64,000 nt of DNA, from IMG/VR virus record IMGVR_UViG_3300031088_000759; one strand, 5' to 3'. The notes beneath the pieces are model-generated. The model saw nothing but the letters and a program-made list of their open reading frames with translations. It was not told where the DNA came from and searched no databases. The stretch is from a virus. Shown here piece after piece: positions 38,563 through 48,056 of the stretch (positions are counted from its first letter, which is position 1; every line of letters begins with the position of its first letter). A program made the position numbers and the translations under genes.

Positions 38563-38627
38563 TGAAAATACAAAAATTAGTAACAAATTTTCAGCATATA
38601 TTTTGAACATATATTCAAGGAGACAAT

Positions 38628-39347
38628 ATGGACACCATTCAGCCTAAACCTGTAATCTCAGGACATGAGGACAACAGTGAAGACCCGCTTGAACTCACTG
38701 TAATCGTAGAAGACACTAAAAACTTCACCGAACCAGAACTAATTCAAGCAGTCGCAGAATCAGTGATCAGTTTCGTCCCTGTTCCCAGCCAAATGCCCGA
38801 AAATTCACACTTTGCGCAATGGATACAAGGAAGATTTCGAAAACTTCTCAAAAGAATGAAACCAAATTATTTCGTAAAACTGCCCAAAGAACTTGAAAAC
38901 AACAACATTGCCTTCTCCACCTACAAAAAAGGTAATGTCAACCTCATAATTATTGAACCTCAGCCTAAAAGCTTCACTCTTCCTGTTCTTAAAAGAGCGC
39001 AAGTGTCTGGTTTGTCTCTATTGCCTATTGAAACATATCCTAAAGCCACAATGTTTGGCAAAGTTGAGATTGTTATTAACGAAAATTTGACAATGAGCGC
39101 ATCTAAATCAGCTATTGCAGCTGCTCATGCTCTTCAACTATTCCGTGATGATGCCTACTTGAACAATAAACTTACTTATGAAGTTCTGATGAGATCAATG
39201 CCTGTTCATATTGTATGGCAAAAAATTGAAAAAGAAACCGATGATCAGGATTTTACAGTAGTTATTCGAGATGCTGGTTTGACCGAAGTTGAACCAGGGA
39301 GTATTACCGCTGCAGTTCGCGTAAGAGGGTCATTTTTTCTAAGGTGA
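38628..39347 (+). CDS. Peptidyl-tRNA hydrolase (PTH2)-like protein, actinobacterial type
   Basis: WIQGRFRKLLKR, VEIVINENLTMSASKSAIAAAHA, VVIRDAGLTEVEPGSITA. Confidence 0.72.
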   Translation: MDTIQPKPVISGHEDNSEDPLELTVIVEDTKNFTEPELIQAVAESVISFVPVPSQMPENSHFAQWIQGRFRKLLKRMKPNYFVKLPKELENNNIAFSTYKKGNVNLIIIEPQPKSFTLPVLKRAQVSGLSLLPIETYPKATMFGKVEIVINENLTMSASKSAIAAAHALQLFRDDAYLNNKLTYEVLMRSMPVHIVWQKIEKETDDQDFTVVIRDAGLTEVEPGSITAAVRVRGSFFLR

Positions 39348-39425
39348 TTGTTTTCAAAAACTAAAACACTCAGAAAGCATTAGAGAACAAGAATGTTCAA
39401 AAACAAGCCAGGGACATTAAAACCG

Positions 39426-39520
39426 TGTTTTGAAAAATTCTTTACTCAAACAAGAAATTACCCCCGAAAAGCTTACATTTTAGCGAAGCTTTTCGGGGGT
39501 AATTTGTAAGCCTTTTTCAG
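39426..39520. repeat. Conserved intergenic hairpin element, copy 4
   Basis: Perfect 20-bp stem 39455-39474/39486-39505; flanks gttttgaaaaattctt and gtaagcctttttcag. Confidence 0.65.
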
Positions 39521-39572
39521 GATATAAATCATGTCATAAAATACCCCTCAAACACCTCAACAAATAAGATTG

Positions 39573-40310
39573 TCAATTTTGAGACAAGAATTGCAAATGC
39601 TGGTTCTGTCTATAATTCTTTTTAAAGACTTCAGCTTCCTTCGAATAGTCTTCTACCGCTTCAAAGAACAAAGCCGAAGATTCACTATACCTTGACAACA
39701 AATCATCAAATAACGGATCATTCTCATCAGAGTCTTCTAACAAGGCACTTATTCTCATCAAAGACGAATATGGTTGTAGAGAGAATCTTTTGTCTATCAA
39801 TTGCCAAAAACCAGAATTGTGTAAATTCTTCCTAAAGCTAGAATCATTAATGCTCGGAATAACTTCTTTATTCAAAAGGCTGGAAAGATTCAAAACTAAC
39901 ATGTTCAACTGTTTATGTTCTAAGATCTGCTTATTCCTCATATCGCTTGTTGAATAAGCAAGTTCTTTCATTTTGTCATAATCTACAATACTTTTCTTTT
40001 TCAACCAACCCACTTGATTCGTGAAATCATTCTTATTGAATTCAAAAATAAGCATATAAGTGGAGTATAAAGCATAGAGATAAGTTTTGTTATGCGAATA
40101 ATCTTCTATCCATACAGAATCATCTCTTTGATAACGACTGAACTGATTATAGAGACCCCATATTATTCCCGGTTTTGATGAATTAAACTTGTTCTTATCA
40201 AAAATGTACTCTTCATGTAAAGCTACGTGTTTTTTCTTGCCCTCTTCGAAACCATCTAACACAGGTGTAGAGATTTCTTTTTTGTAAGAATTCCAAAAAC
40301 TTTTCATCAC
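39573..40310 (-). CDS. Hypothetical protein, 245 aa
   Basis: Long ORF with plausible SD. Confidence 0.7.
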   Translation of the reverse strand: MMKSFWNSYKKEISTPVLDGFEEGKKKHVALHEEYIFDKNKFNSSKPGIIWGLYNQFSRYQRDDSVWIEDYSHNKTYLYALYSTYMLIFEFNKNDFTNQVGWLKKKSIVDYDKMKELAYSTSDMRNKQILEHKQLNMLVLNLSSLLNKEVIPSINDSSFRKNLHNSGFWQLIDKRFSLQPYSSLMRISALLEDSDENDPLFDDLLSRYSESSALFFEAVEDYSKEAEVFKKNYRQNQHLQFLSQN

Positions 40311-40438
40311 ACGGTTCCACCATTCTTAAAATTTAAATATATTTGGTCATATACTATCATATCTTAAAAATTCAGTCAATCATTTTAGGTAATATACATG
40401 ATATTGATGTTAAAAATAATTGAAGAAAGAGAGTAATT

Positions 40439-40636
40439 ATGAAAATGAAACAACAACGAAAGCTATTGAAGAACCCTCCTTACAAACATACTTGTCATTG
40501 TATGATGCAAGAGTTTGAATATCTTCAGGAACTTCCCGAAACCAGCCATTGCGTTAATCCAAGATTCTTCGAACGAGATGAGAAAAATAACTGGATTGAT
40601 GTTACAGATCAAGTTGAAATTATCAAATATTATTGA
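40439..40636 (+). CDS. Small hypothetical protein, 65 aa
   Basis: GAAAGAGAG upstream; divergent from the preceding gene. Confidence 0.5.
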   Translation: MKMKQQRKLLKNPPYKHTCHCMMQEFEYLQELPETSHCVNPRFFERDEKNNWIDVTDQVEIIKYY

Positions 40637-40683
40637 AACACTTTAAATCAAACAAAATTTACCCAAGAGGTGGGGCTAATCGT

Positions 40684-41424
40684 TTATTTAGAAGTTTTAT
40701 TGAGCGTTCTCAAACCGTGTTTCACTACATAATGAACTTTGTCAGAATCATCATTTTTTAGCCATCTTTCAGAGCATTCTAGCGCTAAATTTGACGAAAT
40801 TTTTGAGATATCATTTAAATTATTCGCCACTGAACGGCGAACATACAAAGAATCATCATTATACAATTTATCTAATACAGGAATGATAGGAGCTGGGTTT
40901 TCTACATAAGGACGAAAGTTAGGGGACCAAGGTAGAAAGGGGCGAATAGACTCACTTGCTAACCTGCGAACATGAAAACTTTTATTATCACACCATTTTA
41001 AAACGTTCGAATAAGTCAGATCATAATGTTTATTTAAAAAAGGTCTTACAGCATGTTCACAAGTGTTTCTCTTCGTCAATTCTTTCATATATTTTAACGA
41101 ATCCTCTGGATAAGGCTGTCCAAAAATTTCTACATATTTCACAATCACCGAAACATGAATATATTTAACAACGCTTCCAGCATCAGTAGGAAGAGCAGAA
41201 GGTAATCGAGAAATAACACTTTCCATAGTTTCTTGAAAAGATAGATAATTAAATTCGTTGAATTTTTCAGTCATCAATAACAAACGTTCTTTGTACTCTA
41301 ATCCTTCTAAACAATCTTCAAGAGATCTTACATAAGTGTCTGTGGGGAATCCTTCAACTAAATTCCCCACAGACACTGCAGACTCCGCATTATACCGGCT
41401 TTTCATACTGTAATCTTTTTTCAT
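40684..41424 (-). CDS. DNA alkylation repair protein (AlkC/AlkD-like HEAT-repeat glycosylase family)
   Basis: CEHAVRPFL, HVRRLASESIRPFLPW, DDSLYVRRSVANNLNDISK, VVKHGLRTL. Confidence 0.82.
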   Translation of the reverse strand: MKKDYSMKSRYNAESAVSVGNLVEGFPTDTYVRSLEDCLEGLEYKERLLLMTEKFNEFNYLSFQETMESVISRLPSALPTDAGSVVKYIHVSVIVKYVEIFGQPYPEDSLKYMKELTKRNTCEHAVRPFLNKHYDLTYSNVLKWCDNKSFHVRRLASESIRPFLPWSPNFRPYVENPAPIIPVLDKLYNDDSLYVRRSVANNLNDISKISSNLALECSERWLKNDDSDKVHYVVKHGLRTLNKTSK

Positions 41425-41454
41425 TATTCTCTAAACTTTTCACATAGTACAGAA

Positions 41455-43725
41455 TTAGATAATCTCTTTCACAAAGCGAGTCTTTCCGAAATCCCATAAA
41501 CGAGGCAAATCATTCAACTCAGCTAACTGCTTCTCAGTATAACCCTCCACATATTTAAGCTCCGGGTCATTCCTAAAACGCTTCAACCTGAAACCAAACT
41601 TATGCTTACGCAAGCCTTCATGAACATACCGATAATCAGGCATCAAGATCTTGTCCAAAGTAAAACCAAGGGAATGATACAAACCACCATTAGACACTTG
41701 ATGATCCGCAAAAGTAATAATCTGAGAACACCCCATAGACTTACCCCACTTCTCACCAGCTCTCAACAATTTGCCCATACCACCCACAACAGTCTGAGCT
41801 GTACAATAACGATCAAGATACAACTCATTAACATTCTTACGCCAAATACTTACAGCAAGAATATTCGTCAAATCATCATGATCCACCAAAGCAAAATACT
41901 TAGCACCACCAGTAAAACCCTGAATATGATGCTTATTACAAAAATCTTTCGCATCCTTAGAACTTACCTCTACAACCACAGTATTTCTAGCATAAACTTT
42001 TTTACCTTGAGAAACACCAAGCTTATAGGCTAACATAGATTTCACAATATCTTGCTTATCTCTCCACTCATCCTCCCAAACAGTGATAAGCTGAATGCCC
42101 GCATCATTACAAGCCTTCCACTTATCATAGTGGTAGTTTTTAGGATTACTTGAATTTTTACTCAATTGTTTTTCACTATGCCAATACAGACCATTGTACT
42201 CAATAGCTATCTTTTTCTCAGGAATATAAATGCCAAGCTCTTTAGGAGGAATGATTGATCTACTTCCTCTATGAATAGTTCCCTCATAGATACTACTTAC
42301 AAAATCATACACTTCTTTTTCTCCTTTTGATGAACCTTTACCAAAACCTAAACACTCATGACAGCCTTTATTCTCAATAACGCTTTTCACTGATCTTAAC
42401 CATTTTCCACCGCAAACTTTACAATGCCATAAAAACTTATCTATATTTGATTTTCTAAGTTGATCAAATTCTATATCATTCTCTTTCGAAAATAGTTCAG
42501 GTAAGAATGGATACAAAGTTGTTAAATCATTGTAGCCTTCAAGAATTTCTAAACCAGCCACAAACGGAGAACCACCCTTATTAATTACAACTCTTCCCAC
42601 AGGAGATATCCATTTGCCACCACTAACAGGGCAAATCCAAGAAAAATTCTTTTCTGACTTTCTTGAAACATCAGTTGGTCTTACGGGGAAATTATTTTCA
42701 TAATCCCACAATTTAGCAATTTCTGGTTCTGTAGTTGCTAAATCATTAATTCCTTCAAGAACAGAAGCAGATTTACAAATAGTACAACCTTCCTTATGCT
42801 GACCTTTTATTTGCGCATAGTACTCATGTCCATATTTACAAAAGAACAAAGCATATTTAGTAGTCTTTTCAGCTGAATTTAAAACTTCAAAAGAGTTTTT
42901 AGGAGATATCTTGTGTTTCAAAGCATCACTGTCTTTAACCAATACACCTGGTGGAATGCTATAATTTGCTCTTGCCAACCCTCTTTCGGGAAGAATTAAC
43001 TCATGATTGTATTCTCTTTTTAAACTTGTTGTTCTGACACAAAGTAAGCCTAAGCTTCTATAAATTCGCAAATCATTATTTAATAGATCATTGTGCTCAG
43101 TTCTTTTCAAACCAGCATTCCACGAAAGTATTTTTTGAATAGGAACAGGATTATCATCATGTAATTTAATTTTATATGAAGCTGAATCAACTCTATTGGC
43201 TAATTCATCAATCCAAAAAGCAGGATCAACATATGAAAGCCATTTATCAACAGTCATCATAGTTTTTTGAGCACTTATTTTAGCAGACCCTGCATAACTC
43301 TTACCATCATATATTTTTACTATTTCTCTGTTTTTATCAATTTTTAAAACAGGCTTTGAGTAATCTCTGGGGTTTATTTTATTAAAGATAGATTGAGCAA
43401 CTATTTTAGCATCTGCATCCATTAAATGTTGTTCTGTAATGACTATTAAATTCAGATCGTTTTTCCAAGCAGTTTCTTCAATAATTGACAATGAGTTAAG
43501 CACTCTTCCATTGCGGGACTTCCTTGCCCAGCTATTCGGAACATACCTCAGACAAAACAATTCATCTTTTTCAGAGCGAACAGCATAAGGAAACATTATC
43601 TGTTTATCCATAACAGTATATCTTTTATTGGTTTTTTCAAAAACAAGTCCAACCTTTTTCAGTTCTTTAATCAAGTCATCTGGAAGATCTACCCACCATT
43701 GTTCTTTTGATATGTTCAGTGTCAT
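41455..43725 (-). CDS. Zinc-ribbon endonuclease with N-terminal unknown domain and C-terminal homing-endonuclease-associated (Hef-like) domain
   Basis: About 3 Zn-ribbon units; ELGIYIPEKKIAIEYNGLYWHS; KVYARNTVVVEVSSKDAKDFCNKHHIQG...VVGGMGKLL...ITFADHQVSNGGLYHSLGF. Confidence 0.72.
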   Translation of the reverse strand: MTLNISKEQWWVDLPDDLIKELKKVGLVFEKTNKRYTVMDKQIMFPYAVRSEKDELFCLRYVPNSWARKSRNGRVLNSLSIIEETAWKNDLNLIVITEQHLMDADAKIVAQSIFNKINPRDYSKPVLKIDKNREIVKIYDGKSYAGSAKISAQKTMMTVDKWLSYVDPAFWIDELANRVDSASYKIKLHDDNPVPIQKILSWNAGLKRTEHNDLLNNDLRIYRSLGLLCVRTTSLKREYNHELILPERGLARANYSIPPGVLVKDSDALKHKISPKNSFEVLNSAEKTTKYALFFCKYGHEYYAQIKGQHKEGCTICKSASVLEGINDLATTEPEIAKLWDYENNFPVRPTDVSRKSEKNFSWICPVSGGKWISPVGRVVINKGGSPFVAGLEILEGYNDLTTLYPFLPELFSKENDIEFDQLRKSNIDKFLWHCKVCGGKWLRSVKSVIENKGCHECLGFGKGSSKGEKEVYDFVSSIYEGTIHRGSRSIIPPKELGIYIPEKKIAIEYNGLYWHSEKQLSKNSSNPKNYHYDKWKACNDAGIQLITVWEDEWRDKQDIVKSMLAYKLGVSQGKKVYARNTVVVEVSSKDAKDFCNKHHIQGFTGGAKYFALVDHDDLTNILAVSIWRKNVNELYLDRYCTAQTVVGGMGKLLRAGEKWGKSMGCSQIITFADHQVSNGGLYHSLGFTLDKILMPDYRYVHEGLRKHKFGFRLKRFRNDPELKYVEGYTEKQLAELNDLPRLWDFGKTRFVKEII

Positions 43726-43867
43726 TCAACAATCTCTTTTCTTAATTCTCTTTGAGACTATTCTATCAAAAAGTTTTTAAAAGAAAATGTTTTCCACCTT
43801 TATATCTGTTTTTCTTGTTTTGGTGTTACTTGACAATGAAGTTTTTGTATTGCTTTTATCTTAAATA

Positions 43868-43928
43868 AATAATGGTAGAAAGATTTTAAAAAGACGAAAA
43901 TCTCTTCAAAAATCTTTCTACCATTATT
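43868..43928 (-). terminator. Long-stem terminator-like hairpin downstream of rpfB
   Basis: Perfect 20-bp IR, 21-nt loop. Confidence 0.65.
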
Positions 43929-43973
43929 ATACAATAAATAATACTTTAAAACAAGGTTTGACCTGGGGTTTTA

Positions 43974-45317
43974 TCAGATGTAACCATATTTCGAGCTACA
44001 TGAGGGCCAAGCTCCCCATCCTTGCATGCTTTGTAATTGAACACCTGTGGCAATTTGCTCCTCACGAGTTGCCAAATAAGCTTCAGGTGCATACTTACCT
44101 CCACCAGCAGCTAACCAGCTGGACCTTGTGAACTGAATACCTCCAGTGAACGAATTACCAGTATTAATTGACCAATTTCCACCACTTTCACATTGTGCTA
44201 ATTGGTCAAATCTATCAATCTTCCACTGGGGAATACCAGACAACAAACCAGAACCATTTCCTGAAGATCTTGCTTCAACCTTAGAAGACGAACTACTAGA
44301 CTCATTTGATTCAGATTTGTTTGATGATGGTTTACTAGAAGACTCTTCAGCTTTTTTCTCAGAAGAAGAATTGCTTGAAGAAGACTTAGGTGCTGAAGTA
44401 GCATCACTAGAAGATTCAGTCTCTACCTTTTTCGGTTCTACTTCTTCAACCACAGGAGCTGGCTTCTTCTTAGTTCCCTTAGTGGTAACCTCATTCACAG
44501 GCTTTTTAGTTACTTCTTCTTTAATTACTTCAGATTTTGTAACTTTTTTATCAACCTTGGTATCTTTGATAGTTTTTGTGAGAACCCCATTTACCCCTTT
44601 AGTAGTTACTTTCTCTTCACCTTCAAAAAGGTCTTCTGATTCTACTGTTGTCTTCTTAAAGGGAATAGATTCAGTCTCTACTCTTTCATCATTACGTGTT
44701 CTTACTATTTCTACTGTTGTATCACTTGTCAAAAGAGTTTCGCGCCCTGGTGTCAAAGTATCACGTTCAGGGTCATAGTTAGACAAATATTCATCAGCTA
44801 CTTCTCCAATTGTTTTATGGAAAACATCTTCTGCTGTGTATTCTCCATACATACCTTTGAAGGTTACTGAGTATGGTGTATCAATAGTGATGTGAGTTGT
44901 TTTTCCTGGGACTAATTCTGTGTCCATTGAAGGTGAAACTTTTTGTTTAGTAATTTCATATCCATTTTCCGCTAATACTTGTTCAATGTTAGCAGCATCA
45001 GTATGCAGGGTTACATTTTCGTAGCTACCATCAATTGTTATATTGACTGTGGCTAGCTGTTCGATAATGATTTTATTATCGTTTGTGCTTATTTCTTGGT
45101 TTAATGCGGGTGTTACCTTTTCAGCTTTTTCAATTTGTATTCCCTGTTTGTCAAGAATTTCATCAACATTCTTGTCAAAAGTTCTTACCTTTGTTATTTC
45201 CCCATTATTATCAATGTCAACTTCATTAGATAGGCCGAATGCTGTTGCAGCTCCACCACTTGATAGAGCAATAACAACCCCTGCTGCTATCCCGAATATA
45301 CGTTTCTTTCTCTGCAT
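43974..45317 (-). CDS. rpfB: Resuscitation-promoting factor, RpfB architecture (signal/TM, DUF348-like repeats, G5, Ser-rich linker, Rpf transglycosylase)
   Basis: G5 segment ESIPFKKT...VTTKGVNG...KKPVNEVTTKGTK; catalytic FDQLAQCESGGNWSINTGNSFTGGIQF...WGAWPSCS. Confidence 0.9.
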   Translation of the reverse strand: MQRKKRIFGIAAGVVIALSSGGAATAFGLSNEVDIDNNGEITKVRTFDKNVDEILDKQGIQIEKAEKVTPALNQEISTNDNKIIIEQLATVNITIDGSYENVTLHTDAANIEQVLAENGYEITKQKVSPSMDTELVPGKTTHITIDTPYSVTFKGMYGEYTAEDVFHKTIGEVADEYLSNYDPERDTLTPGRETLLTSDTTVEIVRTRNDERVETESIPFKKTTVESEDLFEGEEKVTTKGVNGVLTKTIKDTKVDKKVTKSEVIKEEVTKKPVNEVTTKGTKKKPAPVVEEVEPKKVETESSSDATSAPKSSSSNSSSEKKAEESSSKPSSNKSESNESSSSSSKVEARSSGNGSGLLSGIPQWKIDRFDQLAQCESGGNWSINTGNSFTGGIQFTRSSWLAAGGGKYAPEAYLATREEQIATGVQLQSMQGWGAWPSCSSKYGYI

Positions 45318-45486
45318 CTCATCTCCAATATGTCTTTTATTTCGGCAATTTTAAAAGTGTCCTTGAACAATATCTCGCAAAATGATTAAAAAACAGGTTT
45401 TACACCTCTTAAATGTGCTTTGGATTACATTTTTTAATGCCTCTTTTTCAAGATTTTAAGGTTTCTTGAACTTTGCTCCGGACACG

Positions 45487-45529
45487 GGAAAGCGCAACAG
45501 TAAATTTTTAAACTACTGTTGCGCTTTCC
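45487..45529 (-). terminator. Terminator-like hairpin
   Basis: Perfect 16-bp IR. Confidence 0.65.
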
Positions 45530-45598
45530 TTAAATATTTAATTTTCAATACAAACTATTCTATCAAATTTTATTTTTAATTTTAATTTTAATGAAAAA

Positions 45599-46810
45599 TC
45601 ATCCGCTACTGTCAATTTTTCCTACGAACACACCTGTTTCAGGGTTATATGTAGCACCTGCATTGTATCCACCACCGAATAATGCTTCAACATCAGATTT
45701 AGTAAAACCATGCTTATCAATCTTCTGTTTGTCTAATTGCACTTGTTCAGCATAATATGAAGTTCCCAATTTATTTGATACAACTTCTTTTTGCTTAAGC
45801 TCAGATTTAAGCTCCGCAACAGAAGTTGTTCCAGTAGCACGTTGCATCTTTCCTATACTTGCAACTCGTGGGAAAGCACCTTCAAGCTCTTGCTTAATCT
45901 TTTCGTTAGTGTTTTTATGGTAATAGAATTGTTCTACACTATTCCCAGCTGCTCCACTTCGCACTATCTTTTCAATTGTTTTACTTGGCAAGTTTTTATT
46001 TTGTACAACTTTATCCCAATTACTATTTGGCAATTCTGGGCTACGCTGAATCATTTCATCAACATATCCGTCAATAACTTTTTTATTGCTAAGGTGAGGG
46101 AATCTTGTGTAAACCTGTGCCTGTAATTCATTGTCATTGAGCTTCTTCAAACTGTCAGTGCCATAATACCCTTTATTAATCGCTTCTGTTATAAGATATG
46201 GTTCACTATTGATTACCTCATCTCTTTTTTCATCGCTCAATTTGTTATTCATATTAAACGCTAAAGCTGATAGTGTTTTTATCTCTCTTGCTGATAACTT
46301 CTGAATCACGCTAGCTTTTTCATCATCAATAGAATCATCTCCAGCAATTCTTACTCGCTCTTCTGCTCCCGCGAAATATTGTCTCATAACAGGCAAAATC
46401 TGATGTTTTGTCAAGTCTTCAACAGGATAGTTCTTGTGCTTTAAAATAGATTTTGATTCTTCAGAGTTAGGTGTTGAAGTTTTGTAAAGTTCACGAAGAG
46501 CTTCAGGTCCAGTATTGTGATTCGAAACAACAGAAGCACGAACACGAGAACTTCCTCTTTGTGCAGCATCTAAAAGAATAGTTTGATCATCAGTGAATTT
46601 TGCTACCTTGTTGAGTTTAGACGCACTTAGCTTGCCAGCATTTTTTACACCCTCAGGAACAATCTCTTCGACCATTTTCTTTTCATATCCTGCACGTGCT
46701 TCTTGTGCTGTGTCATAATGTTCTTCCTCAGAAGCATTAAACCTACACTTGTGAACAGCATTACATATTCCCGGTTCACCTTTATCATTAACGTGATACT
46801 TAGTTGCCAT
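45599..46810 (-). CDS. HCCH-module protein with helical-repeat (LRV/HEAT-like) cargo
   Basis: KYHVNDKGEPGICNAVHKCRFNASEEEHYDTAQEARAGYE; repeats such as RVRASVVSNHNTGPEALRELY and VVQNKNLPSKTIEKI. Confidence 0.72.
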   Translation of the reverse strand: MATKYHVNDKGEPGICNAVHKCRFNASEEEHYDTAQEARAGYEKKMVEEIVPEGVKNAGKLSASKLNKVAKFTDDQTILLDAAQRGSSRVRASVVSNHNTGPEALRELYKTSTPNSEESKSILKHKNYPVEDLTKHQILPVMRQYFAGAEERVRIAGDDSIDDEKASVIQKLSAREIKTLSALAFNMNNKLSDEKRDEVINSEPYLITEAINKGYYGTDSLKKLNDNELQAQVYTRFPHLSNKKVIDGYVDEMIQRSPELPNSNWDKVVQNKNLPSKTIEKIVRSGAAGNSVEQFYYHKNTNEKIKQELEGAFPRVASIGKMQRATGTTSVAELKSELKQKEVVSNKLGTSYYAEQVQLDKQKIDKHGFTKSDVEALFGGGYNAGATYNPETGVFVGKIDSSG

Positions 46811-46924
46811 AATAGACTCCTTGATAAAAACTTAATATTTATTTGACATCATAATATTTTCTAATTATTTTTAATAATTTTCAGATCAAAGGCATTTGGT
46901 TTCAAGAAGGGCTAAATTATAGAG

Positions 46925-47287
46925 TCAATCCTTCTTGTCATTATCAGAAGAATCGTCATTCTTGTTCATTTCAGCAATTTTTTTGTCAACTTTCATAAGA
47001 ACAAGATGCTCTAAGAGCCAGAAGAAAACGATTCCATGAATAAGAACTACAGTAAACGTTGAAAGGGCATTATGGCTTTCTGGGTTGAAATGATAACCGA
47101 AAGCGTATAAGACAATAGCAATGCTGAGTAAGATTCGACTTTTAAAGTTTTTAGTGAAAAAACTCGCAATCATAAATACAAAATAGCCAGCAGTGATGAG
47201 CATAGAGTACTCTACTGCTGTACTATTCAAAAATGAATAAATGTTTTCCATAACTGGACTAATGTATATACGCAATAAATCAAACAT
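46925..47287 (-). CDS. Small membrane protein, about 3 TM segments
   Basis: Hydrophobic segments; GAAGG SD. Confidence 0.7.
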   Translation of the reverse strand: MFDLLRIYISPVMENIYSFLNSTAVEYSMLITAGYFVFMIASFFTKNFKSRILLSIAIVLYAFGYHFNPESHNALSTFTVVLIHGIVFFWLLEHLVLMKVDKKIAEMNKNDDSSDNDKKD

Positions 47288-47524
47288 GTAGTGACCTTCT
47301 CAATTTTTTATATTTCACTCAAAACACTCGTATTCAATTCGCTTTTATAGAATCGTATTTTAATACTCTGTACTCTGTAAGCAAAGTTAGATGTTTATTA
47401 TTTAAACTATTTTATCTTACGATGAGTTTTTTGTCAAAATGTTTGTTATTAGAGCTTTGAGCAAGATTTTTGGTAAGATGAGATGAAATTATTTTCAAAT
47501 ATATAAATAGAAAGCGTAATTTTC

Positions 47525-47953
47525 ATGAATGTTATAGATGTTGTTGAACAGTTAATTAAACAGGATCCTTCTAAGGTAAGCACTAAACAAGATGCTTTGA
47601 AGCATATTTTCTTGGTAAGTGGGAACGGTTTAGGTTGGAACAACAATGGTGAGGCTCTGTTTTACACTAATGTTCCCTTATGGACCGAAGAACAAGAATA
47701 CGCAGCAATTCAAGATCTTCCTGAAAGAATTCAAGATGCGGTGAAACCTATTGTTGAAAAGAGAGTACAATCTAATCAAAGAGTTCTCCAAAGATTAGAT
47801 GAAGAGCTTGAAAACAATGTGGAATCTCTATCTGGTGATGTTTTCGTAGAAAGAGGATGTCTTGCTTGGACAATGCCTGAGAATGTTTCAGCTGATTGGA
47901 AAAATGCTTTTGCGAAACTAACTGAAGATGCCAACATTATTATTGATGAATGA
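47525..47953 (+). CDS. Hypothetical protein, 142 aa
   Basis: ORF with GAAAG SD. Confidence 0.7.
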   Translation: MNVIDVVEQLIKQDPSKVSTKQDALKHIFLVSGNGLGWNNNGEALFYTNVPLWTEEQEYAAIQDLPERIQDAVKPIVEKRVQSNQRVLQRLDEELENNVESLSGDVFVERGCLAWTMPENVSADWKNAFAKLTEDANIIIDE

Positions 47954-48056
47954 GCTTTAATTTCATAGCATTTTATTGAACCAGTAATACAATAAAAGAT
48001 GTTAACCATGTATTATAGTATTTTCTTTTAGTTTTTAGCGAAAAGAGTATACCATT

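Noticed and set aside
4386-39520. Four-copy hairpin element as integron attC sites
   Set aside because: No RYYYAAC/GTTRRRY cores at the ends and no integrase in the window; kept only as an unexplained repeat.
44146-44778. 210-aa plus-strand ORF inside rpfB
   Set aside because: Low-complexity antisense product of the Ser/Lys/Glu-rich linker and G5 region.
45318-45486. Possible c-di-AMP (ydaO) riboswitch upstream of rpfB
   Set aside because: No ydaO consensus segments are visible, and the region is AT-rich.
15481-46810. HCCH module as a known WXG100/LXG, Sec/Tat or lipoprotein signal
   Set aside because: No hydrophobic core, twin-Arg, lipobox or WxG/LxG helical hairpin; it is a short Cys/His module.
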